A stretch of DNA of 63,530 nucleotides, counting the filler, from Nemertoderma westbladi (Eukaryota; Animalia; Xenacoelomorpha), in assembly GCA_032718475.1 (NCBI GenBank). It is 4 parts of 4 records of this genome, joined end to end, with 100 filler letters (N's around TTAATTAATTAA, not from the genome) between each part and the next. Parts side by side here need not be neighbours in the genome. Positions count along the whole stretch, not along the records: positions 44,832 to 57,924 come from JAUCBJ010005733.1; positions 58,025 to 63,530 come from JAUCBJ010004942.1; 2 more parts are not named here. One strand, written 5' to 3'. Below the pieces are notes generated by a model. That model did no database searches. It saw only the letters and a program-made list of their open reading frames with translations, and was not told where the DNA came from. Shown one piece after another: positions 49,751 to 63,342 of the stretch; the stretch's first letter is position 1, and every line of letters starts with the position of its first letter. A program made the translations under genes and the position numbers.

Positions 49751-51158
49751 GAAAATTTCCTCATTGCGTTTTCCTATCACGCAAATGATCCCGAAAAACA
49801 GTTAGAATCATTTGGAGACAGATCTAACAGGTGCCCACCATTCTATCAGTACATTTCTGTAATATATTGTTATATATAGTGAAATATATTGTTAATTCTT
49901 CTTATACAAGGCTACTTGCTAACTTAACCTCCGTGCAATAAATCACTCTGCCATCTATTTCTGAGATTGTCTGGTAAAACAAATAGCATAACTTCACTCT
50001 ATACCTGTTACTATGTAAATATTCTAGAACATTATTTTATTAATTGTTGATAGATTCTCTCAACTATTATATTATGAATACTTTAAGATAATACTTTTTG
50101 GGTATTTTATTTAATATGTTCAACAACTGGCAAATGAACCTCATTGTTTATGACCAATATAATTGTGTAATTTTTCATTTATTTGTTGTCTTTTTTGTCT
50201 CACAATGCGTCTTTTTTTTATCGACTTCTAATATATATAAAAATCAATGTCAATGTCGGTGGGTCTGTTCTGTTCAGATAGGGGGGAAACTGGACGCAAT
50301 AAAAATTAATCACTCTCCAGGGGAAATTCGATTCAAATAACAGCTTATTACTCTCAAAAATAAAACTGTAACCTGTTCTATTGTGATTAGTTTATTGTTT
50401 TGGTTAAAATAACGTGCCACTGTAACCTGCTCCTTTCCCTAAATTGAGAATTTAACATTGAGGAGGGATATTAATTCGCCAAGGCGGGTTTTGCGTCGAG
50501 TTTCCCCCCCCCCCCCCCTGCCCCCCTGTCTCAGGGCGAAATATCTGAAAATGAACTTCTTCTCCAACTTTGTTATTTACAATCCGTTCAGACTGAAACT
50601 TGGTAGGTATAGGTAATAGGTACAGGTATACTACAGTATAGGCCGTATCTTTACGGCCGTCTGCATTTCACCAGTCTGCAGGTAGAGCGTGAAATTTCTT
50701 AAAGTGAACATTTTATGGAAATGTTATTTACAATCCTGAGTTTACAAGTTGAAACTTGACAATTATATCTCCTATGGGGGCGGTGTTTTATTTTAAGACG
50801 GTATATCTCTGTTCCGTATGCAGTTCGCCAATTTGCCAGTGTAGGATTAAGCCTCTGGTGGCCCTAAGGCACACTTTAGTAATTTCCAAAAATGGCCCGA
50901 AAATTTATATTTTTCCACATATCTTTCAAAATAAAAAGCTGCTAAAAACAACTTAAATTGTGTGAAAAATGTTGCGAAGGAAATATAAAGTATTTTCGTT
51001 GGATGACTCGTGCAAATAACTACTAAGTACTTTGCAACAATAGTGTTCATCAAGAATTGTAACATTACTAAACGGCATATCATGCCTATAAAACCTTTGC
51101 TTTAAAAAGTGTAATGGTTTTGGTAGAATTTCTCAAGCTTTAATTTTTAATACATTAA

Positions 51159-52791
51159 GGGGGGGGGGGGGGGGGGGGGGGTACACCCCCTCTCAGGTCA
51201 AAATTTTCATTTTTTGTTTTTTATTTCATCTAGAGTAGAATTTAATGCGGTTTTCAAATCTGGAAACGGCTTAGCGAGATCTTTTTTACTTCTCGAGTAA
51301 TGGCTGGTTTTCCATCTGTATGTCTGTCTGTCTGTCCATCGAAATATTAAAAAGGGCATAAAATAAGCAATCTGAAATGTTTACTGTTAGGATTTTTCTT
51401 AATGTCGATGTCTGTTTTAATATTTGGAATTATCTAATCACTATGTCTGTATCTCAGTCTGTCTCTCAGTTTGTCTGTCTGTTTGTATGTCTGTCTGTCT
51501 GTCAACATGTCCGTCAAATTTTAATTAATATATATTTAATAGATATTTGTGAGTTTTGTATTACATACTGAACAGTTGTCTAATGGACTAGTTGTCTACT
51601 AGTAATAACAAATGTGAACCATCATATAACAATAGCTAGTAATAATTATTCTGGGAAACAACCATAAACTTATTTTTTTTTAGTTCCGCAGGCTCTGAGA
51701 ATAATTCACGTGCTGCGCGAAGTCTTCATGTGCAGCATGAACTTTTCATGTGCCGCGTGAAGGCTTCTCATTCTGATCAAAAAGCTTTCCGAGGTGCTCG
51801 ATTAATTAACGTGCTTTATGAAGAATTTAAGTGCTACGTGAAACCTTCACCTGCTGCGCAAATGTCTCACGTGCTGCGCGAAGGTTTCATGTGCTGCGCA
51901 AAGCTTAATGTTCTGTGTAAAGGCTTATTATAAAATTATGTGTAAATTTTTATATAATTTTGATTGTATCTTAAGGTTATCTCATTATTCCAAGACTATT
52001 TATTACTAAATGACGAAATAGTATGCGATTAAATCAATACGCCAAAATGTAATTTGTTCACGTGCTGCGCGAAGTGTTTTTTGGCAAGCACACTAAAATT
52101 ATTTTAACAGGTTGTTAAAAGTGGGTAGGGGTTTTTTTGAACCAAATTTCATGAAATCCATTGAGAAATCACAAAATATGGATAGGGGACAACCAATGGG
52201 AAAAGAAAAGGAGATACCAGTACTGAAAATAGCGGGAACATTTGAAATATATTGTTCTTAAACTTTAAATGCGTTTATCTCGGAATTGTATTTTTCACAT
52301 TCAAAATACTACTACTCAGCCATTTCTTAACCAATTTTGGAAATTTATTTTTTGTTTGATTTCTTTTCGGATTTTGATCAAAAGTTATCGGTTAGAATTT
52401 TGAATTGTGCCATATTAATTTCTTGAAATTAGTTAATATCTATTAAGTAATAATTAATATTAGTTAATAATATTTAAAAAATATTTAAGACCTAGATAAA
52501 AAATGTAACCGATAAGTTTTGTGGAGCCGAGGATGCTGATTCAGAAAAACCCAAGTTTCGAAAATTTTCGCCCAAAATTGTGAGACTAGTAGTGTTTTTA
52601 GTGAAATTAACAATTTTGCTGGTGGCCGCTAGAGGGCGACGCAAATTTGAAATTTTTTTTTTTGAACCCAATCTTTGGCCATATGTTAATCCCCCGAAAG
52701 GTATAAAATATACAAAATTACACACAAGCAGAAATTATAGCCATTTGCAAAAAAGGTCCATAGGGGGGTGTACCCCCCCCCCCCCCCCCCC
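51159..52791. mobile_element. non-autonomous TTAA-specific DNA transposon, Kolobok-like
   Basis: TTAA at 51155-51158 and 52792-52795; TIR (G)nTACACCCCC / GGGGGTGTA(C)n; purine 5' end, unlike piggyBac CCC. Internal degenerate CACGTGCTGCGCGAA repeats at ~51705-51905. Confidence 0.7.
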
Positions 52792-52795
52792 TTAA

Positions 52796-54539
52796 GGGTG
52801 GGGTTCACCTTTTTTTGGTCAAAAAAGTGAAAAATGTTTTTTGTGCGATTTTTGTGTAGAATTTAATGGCGATTCCGAATATGAAAGTTATTAGTTCTCA
52901 GCTTGATTAGTTTCTAAGATATGACGATTTTACTACGGAAGGCATGATTGCATCAAAAATCAAAATTTATATTAATTTAATGAAGAAATAATGTCTTTTT
53001 GGTAATTTTTATGATCAAACTATTTTAGTAACTTCATTTTGTTCTAAAACAGATTTGGAGAGAAAATAATTTTGAATATATATTTTCATCGATAGACTGA
53101 TTGACGGACAGACTGACAGACAGACAGACAGACACACAGAAAGACAGACAGACAGACAAGATCAATGAGATACCAGAAATGAAATCAGCGACCTCGCAAA
53201 CCTCAGTAGCGAAAATTTTACCTTGTTATGTAAGTATTTAGTATAATTTGACGGACAGACGGGCAGTCTGACAGACGGACAGACAGACAGACAAGATTTT
53301 GACAAAAATGAAAACAGATACTAGAAATGGAATCAGCGACCTCGCAAACCTCAGTAGCGAAAATTTTACCTTGTTATGTAAGTATTTAGTATAATTTGAC
53401 GGACAGACGGGCAGTCTGACAGACAGACAGACAAGATTTTGACAAAAATGAAAACAGATACTAGAAATGAAATCAGCGACCTCGCAAACCTCAGTAGCGA
53501 AAATTTTACCTTGTTATGTAAGTATTTAGTATAATTTGACGGACAGACGGGCAGTCTGACAGACGGACAGACAGACAGACAAGATTTTGACAAAAATGAA
53601 AACAGATACTAGAAATGAAATCAGCGACCTCGCAAACCTCAGTAGCGAAAATTTTACCTTGTTATGTAAGTATTTAGTATAATTTGACGGACAGACGGGC
53701 AGTCTGACAGACGGGCAGTCTGACAGACGGACAGACAGACAGACAAGATTTTGACAAAAATGAAAACAGATACTAGAAATGAAATCAGCGACCTCGCAAA
53801 CCTCAGTAGCGAAAATTTTACCTTGTTATGTAAGTATTTAGTATAATTTGACGGACAGACGGGCAGTCTGACAGACGGACAGACAGACAGACAAGATTTT
53901 GACAAAAATGAAAACAGCGACCTCGAGGTCGCCTCTGTGCTTCTTCATTAACATACATATATTACACATATGATTATTACATATACAATGTATGGTGGGG
54001 CCCCACCATACGATTATTACATATTGACAGAATAATAGAGAGAACATTTTGAGCGGGAAGGTTCAAACTTTAAACCCATTTTACTCGGAATTATTTTTTC
54101 TCGTTTTTGCTCCACTCACTACTCCTCCGTCATTTTTTTATCAAATTTTTTCACACAGTGTTCTAGAGATGTTGAGCAATAAAACTTTTAGACAGAATTG
54201 TGAATTTTTGAATTTAAGTGGTGTATTGGGCCGATAATTTAAAAAAAAAAATGTCAAAATTTCAAAAATCTGTCTAGAAGTTCTGTAAAGCAGCCCCCAC
54301 TGATGCTCCTTGCCAAATTTGAATTTATCTTGACTTAAATTCTAGGAGCCTTATCATTTAGAATGAAATTCAGAAAAATATGAATAAAATTGGCGGGAAA
54401 TTCAAATCTGAATTTTTTTTTCGAAAATCGTTTTAAGAATTAACTAATACATGTATGTATAATTTCAGTGTATTTATGTAATATAAACTCTTTTAAACCT
54501 CCAAAAACTGGAGGTGTTTCCAAAAGGTGAACCCCACCC
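52796..54539. mobile_element. second Kolobok-like non-autonomous element
   Basis: Perfect 18-bp TIR GGGTGGGGTTCACCTTTT flanked by TTAA at 52792-52795 and 54540-54543. Confidence 0.8.
53100..53931. repeat. ~148-bp tandem repeat (5+ units) with (CAGA)n tracts, inside the second TTAA element
   Basis: CAGCGACCTCG recurs at ~53186, 53334, 53474, 53622, 53786 and 53916. Confidence 0.92.
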
Positions 54540-57261
54540 TTAATGGGACCATTACCCTAAATCAATTTGTTTTATTTAAAAAGCTACTATTCTGCAATTT
54601 TAACACAATGATCTGTGATCTTTTATATACTATGAAAACTGAGTATAGATAGCTTCATAAACCGTTTGTTCGAAAAATATGACACTTTTTGAGCAGGTCG
54701 GATTTTTAAATAAATTCTATAAATTTTGAGGCATTTACTGTATATGTAAATTAGCTCATGTTTAAGGATCTGTAATACCACCTGCATTGAAGTTCTTGCT
54801 CCAGACTTTGGTAAAATGGACCTAGATAGGTAGGTACTGTAAATCTTCTTTGACAATTTTAGCACAAAATTATTGTTTTTGAAAAATTTATGGGGGTTTT
54901 AGTAAGTGCGGGCTCTATTTTGGGAATCAAATATTTTGTGATAGACAAAGTATAGCAGTGTAGCATGTAATATTTCTGATCTAGATTAGGACTTGATGAG
55001 AAAGTAATTATAAGAATGGCCACCTGGGTTTGATCCGCAGGAAACACAAACTCGGGGGAGAGACGAAAGACTCTCTCTTTAAATCGGGATTTGGCTAACC
55101 CAAAATGGAAGGTTCCGTTAAACTCACGGGTTCTGGCTGTCTGATTTGGAACTTACCTCTTACCTGAAGAAAAAATGTCTGTATCTACTAATTCCGAAAG
55201 TATGGTCGGTAACTGTTCAGACACAAGAGCTGAGGATACAAATAAACAACATAAAAAGGTGTCTGGCTTCCGCTAACTCGTAGAGAGAACGGGGACAGAG
55301 CAAAAATGCACCTCAAAACCGAGACTGTAACCAGGTAACCGAGCACTTCAATAAACGCTCCGCCAACGTCGTCACGTTATTGGCTAATTGGCGGAAGGGG
55401 AAAAACGTAAATAACAAACCAAAGATCAATGATAAGCTAGGCTTTATTCACTATTCAGTCAGTCAGTTATTATCAGATTATCAACGATAGACTGCAATTT
55501 ACAGAGTGCTTTAACGAAGGCCAAGCCTTGCACTGCAATTTACCCGTGAACACGTTAACAAAGGACTAGTTCCTCCCGACATCAATAACAACAATATTCC
55601 AAAATACTGAAACACCGGTAGTGTACTACCTACCACAGTATTGCTGTACTGAACAAACAAAGTCAGATAGTGCTTTAACGAAGGCCAAGCCTTACACTGC
55701 AATACCGGTATCGGACATTTTGTCATCTAAGATACAGTAGAAAGTGGACGAATAGGCAGATATTTTCATACCGCTCCTATTTATTGCGACCAAAAAGAGC
55801 AATAAATACATAACAAAAATACAGGCTGGCCGTTGTAACAAATCATATCTAGCACATATGTCGGGACGATAAAAGAAAAATAGAATTGTTTAACATATAT
55901 ACAACACACATGGTCAAGTGGCACATATAAAAACACAAAAATTAACCATTAATTACCAATATTACAAACAGCACAAGAAGGTTGCTATATTTGGGTCCAC
56001 TTCAGATTATAAAAATAAAGAACGTAAATTTTTTGATTCAAAGAGATACACAAAATATAACCATCAATAAAAGTTACATAAATTTATGAAATCCACAAGT
56101 ACTTGTTAAGCATTTTCAAAACGTAATAACAATGTAATTCTCAACTAATAACAAGAAAATACGAGATTACTGAAAGAAGATAGATCAGGATCAGGGACTT
56201 TGGTTCAGCTTCATCTGAACGCTTCACCCAAAGAATCACTGAGGTCTCCACATTGACATTGAACGATAAGTTACTCTGCCGAGTATATAGAACTTCATTA
56301 ACATCCCAAAAATCATCAACTGCGACCCAAGATGACGCAAACTGATCAAGGAAATGAAAGAGTTGAATCTGTCGTGTTCTTTCAAAGAGCAGATATTCCA
56401 ATTTATGAACGACCTCCTAGTCAGAAGGGCAGTTCATTGATGTAACCAACAGGGCCGGCGTGAGGGTCTGCGGGGTCTCTAAACTGGTACCGGTACACGA
56501 GAAAGGTGAGAGAATTCCCTATGGCGACTGAGATATAGACATAGAGGTGAGTAGTCGATCATCGAAGTTGATTATCAATGTGACAAATTAACAACCCGGC
56601 AGCAAATAGATCAAATGGGCGTGTAAATACATAATCTTGGTTCATCAATGATTGTTTCCGCGAGTTAATTCTCTCGGGTTCTACAGTTCGACATAGATCC
56701 ATAGTGAAGCTAATTTCCACATATTAAGGACTCAACCCAGAAAACAATATATTGGTATTGACCCATATGTGGCGTCATAATTATCCAGACTCAGATATAA
56801 TGGTACCCGAAAATTTGCATGATGGCTTCATGATGGCATGAAGCAATTGGAATCTTGTCGGTGTCGGTAAAATCAGTAAGTCAGTTAGTCAGTCGTCAAA
56901 CCAAACTATTTAATTGACCCAAAATCAATTAGCCAGAATCCATGTGTTGAACCTTAACTACTGTGACAAAGGGCATATATACATGGTTAACGATAACAAA
57001 CATACACACAACCTTTCCATATATACAATTTTTAGGCGGATTAGTACTTGGATGATCAGGAGCTAATAATCCCACAAGGTTGAACAACAAATGTGCCATT
57101 CCTTTCTGCAGGTTAATAAGTACTGGTACATATCCAAATCCATATCATACTGTAGATATATAACTAACTAAGTAAGATAAGTTCCTAAGTTCTAATCACA
57201 CAAAGTGTTTCTACAAATTTTCTGATATCATGTATAAATAAAATATCAGCTCGACTTTAAA

Positions 57262-57924
57262 TCATGCAATGGTAAGAGAAGGATTGGGCGAATGGGCACC
57301 GTAGTCCCCAGACCTTTCACGCTCACATTCGATTAAACAAAGTTTCTGTATAGGTCTATTAATCAGACGGCGGTCTTTCAGTCGTAAGGTAGCTGACCGC
57401 ACTAGATTATCAACACTACAATGAACTTCCTGAACGACACCAGTGACCCATGAGCGTCGAGGTAAGCTTTCATCAACTAGAAGTACCAAATCTCCAACAC
57501 AGAGGTTCTTCTTTTGAGATAACCATTTCGTTCGAATTTGAATAGAAGGAAGATAGTACTTTAGCCAATGGTCCCAGAAGATATCGCTCAACACCTGCAT
57601 CACCTTCCAAGTTTTACTGCAATTAATATCTCGGGAATCGGGTTCAGAAATAGGAATCATCGCTGCTGGGCGGAGATAGAGGAAGTGAGATGGTGTGAGA
57701 GCTTCACAAGCACTAGGGTCGGCAGACAATCTAGTGAGAGGTCTACTGTTGATTATAGCCTCAATCTCCATTAGCAGAGTGCGTAGGGTTTCATCTGTCA
57801 TATATATGTGTGCTGGTAGAACTTTGTATAGAGAGTTTTTGACGCTCTTAATTAAGCGCTCATAAGCGCCTCCATACCATGGTGTGTGTGGTGGGTTGAA
57901 TGTCCAGTCTTGCCATTCAATCCC
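57262..57924 (-). mobile_element. BEL/Pao integrase C-terminal half
   Basis: Open frame from the gap: WTFNPPHTPWYGGAYERLIKSVK...EIEAIINSRPL...LTPSHFL...FWDHWLKYYL...GDLVLL...RPIQKLCLIE. Confidence 0.9.
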
Positions 57925-58024
57925 NNNNNNNNNNNNNNNNNNNNNNNNNNNNNNNNNNNNNNNNNNNNTTAATTAATTAANNNNNNNNNNNNNNNNNNNN
58001 NNNNNNNNNNNNNNNNNNNNNNNN
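57925..58024. other. artificial gap/contig spacer
   Basis: 100-bp N run with TTAATTAATTAA. Confidence 0.95.
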
Positions 58025-58049
58025 TAAACCCTTCCACTCTGTTTTCCTA

Positions 58050-58200
58050 GTTACCATGGTTCCCATTTATCGGCCAATGAAGGATGAAAACCTGGCTAGA
58101 GCTAGTCCGCAGCATTTAAATCCCCGTGCCCAAACAGTACTGCGTTGACCAAGGATCGAACCTTGGGCCTCCTGAATGAAAGACCAGATTGATTCCATTA
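58050..58200 (-). mobile_element. tRNA-derived SINE relic with Meta-domain-like core
   Basis: B box GGTTCGATCC (minus, ~58154-58163) followed by TTTTCATCCTTCATTGGCCGATAAATGGGAACC. Confidence 0.5.
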
Positions 58201-58574
58201 GATCGTGTGTTTAGTCTATGAATTGAATATGAATATTTATAATTGTAGGCCCCCTCTAAATAAAACAATTTGAGTATAAATATAACTGTAAATAAAATAA
58301 ATCTATAACTTAAATATGTGACTTAGAGGCAATGTGGGAAAGTTCAAGGAATGTAGCCTGTATATAATGACAGGGGTGATAAAGGACCAGGGGGCGATAA
58401 GTTACTAAGAAAATGTAATTTATATGGGCGATAAGTTTCCAGGAGTGATTAAAGTCCTGCTTTGTTAACTAATAGTAGAGGCAAGCAAAGCAACAAGCAG
58501 CAAACAGTCGGCCGAGGCCGGAGGCGACTCGAAAGCTCCTTTTTCGTTAACTGCAGATAGGGGTAGGCGCTACA

Positions 58575-58695
58575 ATGGTAATCATTTTATCGAACCCAAT
58601 GGATGAAAGGCTGAGTGGAACCAGGGGGGGGGGGGATCGAACCTACAACCTTATAGAATGGGGGGACGTCGCTTAACTGAGCCATAGCTACCCCG
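58575..58695 (-). mobile_element. tRNA-derived SINE relic with Meta-domain-like core
   Basis: A box TGGCTCAGTTAAG, B box GGTTCGATCC, then ACTCAGCCTTTCATCCATTGGGTTCGATAAAATGATTACC. Confidence 0.55.
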
Positions 58696-61328
58696 TCTTT
58701 AATGGTAGAGGATTAATGTAAAATCCAAAGATTGTCTGTAACAAATTTTCGGAAATCCCCACCAATAGCTAGTAACCTTGTTGCTATGTAAAATCCATAA
58801 TCCGAATAATCCAAATCACAATCCAAATATCCAAAGAACAAATCCAAATCAAAATAACATGAAATTGAAAGTGAACGCATAATATATTATTATAGACTTT
58901 TTTGGAGTCAAATTCATTTATACAGTACTCACCCATCATTGGTGCAAAATCACCTTGGAAATCACTTTTTATATAATCGCATCTCCTTACATATTCTTTC
59001 TTATGCACTAATGCGATACTTGGCGATAAAACATCCATAGAATATTAGTGAATCTCAAGAAAATATTATGTTTTATTAATTAAAATAAATTATATTATAT
59101 TTATTAATTAGGGCTACTCTAAAATTTATGAAATTATCGTTGTTTTCGTTATTGCTTAATATAGGATTACTCTACCGCATATATTTTTAGTATCCGATGA
59201 GATACAGATAACTAATTACAGGTCACACGATATGAAATAAATTACTGGTGGGTAACAGAACTGTATGCAATAATAATGTGAGTGCTTACGTACCTACACT
59301 TTTAGTATATCATTCAGATGACATTAGTAATTACCATATGGTGGTCAGTTGTAAGCCTCTACCAGCCCTGGAAGTCCAGTGATGTTTTACTTGTTAAAGT
59401 TAAATTGTTGTTGAATGAAGAATACTGTTGTGGGTTACTTTTAATGCTTATTTATAGCACAGACTGTATGCCAGGAATTTATTGTCGTAATGTAACGATA
59501 CTTATTCTTTATTTAAAAAATACAAAGTAATTTACACTTAACTTTCTATAATCGGATATTTTATTTTGAAATTAAAATAGCCAATAAAATCAATTACATA
59601 TAGGTTAATCAAATAATTAAAGTAGTAAAAGATATTAGCCGCAAAGATATACAATTGTAAGAAATATTATTAACAACGCAGTTGCAATACTAAATACTAC
59701 TGAGTAATACGCCCATAACGCAAGCCGTGGGAAAATAATACTACAGTATAATTACACCCAATGCAATAATATATTGCATCATGTCAGAGGGAAGCCTTAT
59801 TGTATACGCTCAGTGGGATGCCCCAGCCGTCGAGTCAGACAACCAATAGAATCAACTCACCTTCAATATACTAGGCCTACAAGTGTATGTGTCTCCTTAT
59901 CTCTGCCACTAACGAACTGTATACACCCCATGTTAAATAAATACATGTTCTGGAATGAATATTTACGACATTGGCTGCCACTCCCGTTGACTACTAAGGG
60001 CCCTCATATTTTGTTTCATTCTTAACATTGTAAAGTTACAATGCATGTTAGCATTGGATGGAAGCCCTGCCCGCTCATGGGGCTTCCCCAATACCCAGCC
60101 GGCTACTCCAGTTGACAGACAACCAATATAATCAAATCACGTTCACTTTACTTTGTTTATCTTCTTGTTTTTGCCACTATATTACTACTGTAGCTAAATT
60201 GATTCTCCAATGTTAAATAAATAGGATAGGTTGAATTTGTGACAACACCTAAAAACGGTGACAACAGTCAGCCACAGTCAAAAAAATGGTTGACCACTAT
60301 CAAAAATGGCCACAAGGAATGTGAATAACAGTAGGCCTATATCACAGCCCTAAAAGTAATTCTACCAAGTTTCAGCTCCGCATATGGTCGGCAAGTCACT
60401 GGAAAACAGTCAAACGTCTGGGGACAGCACACAAAATGTCCGCACAACATTCTAAATCATGAATTAAGTATTCTGCAATACAGATACTGATAACCAGACT
60501 TAGACTTAGACTTAGACTATTAGACTTAGAGTATTGTTTATGTAGTTTATGTATTTCTTTCAACCATTATTGTCTGTCCCTCCGTCTTTTGGTCGATCTG
60601 ATGACATTCTTCGATTTAATTAATTATATACAGTAGGCCAAGGTTGAAATATTGATACCCGTACAGCCATAAACTAAGCTTACGAACCAGCGAGAGATTC
60701 ACTGCCATTTGTCGATGCAATCGACTAAATCCTTCTCCACAACACACGCGAAGTATTCAGTATTCAGATATCGGTATCCAACATATTCCTGGAGTTCATT
60801 GGTAGATTATTTTTAGATTATTTATAGATTATTTTTCTTGATAATTATTATTAATTTTCTAAATATTTACAATAGGCATAAATGGGAAAAAACAGAACTC
60901 AATTTATCCCGAAATTACAAATAACAAATATTATGATGGCATGAACCCTTCTCTTTATATCTACGCACCACAACGGCAAAATAGAACAACACTAGCTATG
61001 CTACTGTTCTTTTTTGTCATTTAAAATCCATATTATTACATTACTATCACAAACATTACAAATTTTAGCTAAATAAACGTTAAATTGTAAGATTGAGAAA
61101 TTGTAATGCTATAACTATAATGTTGCAATCATGTCATATATTGCGTAAATCGAAATTATACGAGCTCTATTGATTGATTGATTGATAGATATAGGATGGT
61201 CCGCAAGCTTGGCCTACGGCTGTACGGCTGTACCGGTATCACTATTTCGACCTTGGCCTATAATTAATTCCATTGAAGATTGTTTATTCGCCATCAAACA
61301 TCGGCGACAGTTCGACCAATAGACAGCA

Positions 61329-63342
61329 CTACTACTAGGATCGGCATGCTGCATTGCAGCTGCATTTTTAGGAATGCTGTGCCGGCTTGTTAACAAAATT
61401 GCACCGCCACAACTCCCTATCACCCATGACATTTGCTAGATCATCCGCATCTTTAGGGCCAGTGTCCTTTAAGATGCGTCTCAAGAAAGTCATGGGCTGT
61501 CCACCATGCTTATTCACTCCATCAGGCTGCCAAAGTACAAGATTATGCACTGGCTGGTCCTCACGGCGAAAGCAATGTCCTGCAAAGCGGAGGCGATTTT
61601 GTTCTAGTGTCAAGCTTGGGGGAACCAATGAGACACCTCCAATGTTATATAGTGTCTGGTTGGAGATGTGTGCATTGTACTTGACACAATGAACCCGGCG
61701 TAGCATTCTTGTGAATGTGCCATCCAGAGATTTGGTGTCTTCAGCAGTTAGAGCCCAGCATGGACTCCCGTAGAGGAGTACTGGAACTACTGCTGCTCTA
61801 AATAATCGGACCTTAAGTTTCCGATTAATTCTCGGTGACTTCCAAATCCTGGAAAGCCTATTCAAGGCTGCCCATGCCTTTCCCTTACGTATTCGAAGGT
61901 CCTCACCTGACTTCCGGATCCATGATCCCAGGTAACAGAAGTCGTCCACATGTTCAAGCATACCATCCTTTGAGCTTATGCTTATCCGATCAGAGACTTG
62001 CTGAGGACTTTCAAAGTTAACTGTCAGAATTTTGGTCTTTCTGGAGTTAATAAAAATACCAACACTAGAAGCAGCATGTTCTAATGAGCTGAGGAGCCGT
62101 TGGGCTCCCTCTAATGATTCTGAGAGTACTCCTAAGTCATCAGCAAAGTCTAGATCAGTTAGGTACTTGGCAGGATTTCCTCGACTTCTGGAGCCAGTAG
62201 ATGGAGTTATCATCACCCCATCATCATTATGATGATCTAAGGACATGCGTAGAACATAGTCAACCACAATAATGAACAAGAATGGTGCAAGTGTGTCTCC
62301 TTGGAGGACGCCCCATAACACTTCAAATGGTTCTGTGTCACCGTAAACAGTAGACACAAATGTTGTCGAACCATCGTATACTGATCTGATTGCTGCAATA
62401 ATTTCATCAGGAATCCCATATAATGAAAGTATGCTGAACATACGTGAGCGAGAGACTGAATCAAAGGCCTTGAAGAAGTCAACAAAGATAACAGCCAGAT
62501 GCCTGTCTTTCTTTTTTGATAATTCTTCAATTATCCTTCTAAGTGCCAAAATGGGCTCCATGGTCCCACGACCTTTACGGAACCCATTCTGATTTCCACG
62601 GAGCAGTCTCTCAATGGGATCCCAGATGCGATTTAATAGAATCCAATTGTATAGCTTTGCAGCAATCGAGATCAATGAGATTCCCCGAAAAGAACCATAG
62701 AGTGTTAGGTTGCCCTTCTTGGGAACTGGCACCAACTTATTTGTTTTCATTTCTTGTGGGACTCTTGTTGTTCGGTACATGTCTACTATGATGGGATAGA
62801 TGAGCTTTAAACACTCAGGTATTTTAAAGACCTCAGGGGGAAAACCATCTACTCCACTGGCACGATTGGTCTTAATGCTCTTTGCAGCAGCCCCCACCTC
62901 TGCAAAGGAGATATCGCCAATGGGAATATCTGGGAGTACAGACTCAGACACTTTTACTTCTATAAAGTTATCTGGCAATACCCTGTCATTATTGAGGAGC
63001 TTTTCAAAGTGGGCTTTCCAACCATTGAGGCGATCGGCTGGTGATTCAGCCTTAACCTTGGTGGTTGGTTGGCTTTTCCGCCCAGTAAGCAGATTGATCG
63101 ATTTCCATGCCTGGGATGATTGCCTGCTGTCATCAGCATCATTGATGGCATCAACCTGTTGGTTTATCAGCTCCCGTAGATCAACAGAGCACTGCCTGTT
63201 CAGGGACCCAGACGCAGCCCCAACCGCACTCCTGGCCGCTAAAGTCCGCCTGAGTCGGGACTCCCTCTGCGCCTTATGAATGTCGTCTCGGCACTTCTGA
63301 AATGGACCATATAGAATGAGTGTATGTATATAGAATTGTGAA
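61329..63342 (-). mobile_element. young 5'-truncated RTE-clade LINE with intact RT frame and 18-bp TSD
   Basis: Open RT frame (FRGISL, QNGFRKGR, FVDFFKAFDSV, GVLQGDTLAP, FADD, YLGS) ending at 61368; (TAG)n tail; TSD TTCGACCAATAGACAGCA at 61311-61328 and 63343-63360. Confidence 0.93.
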
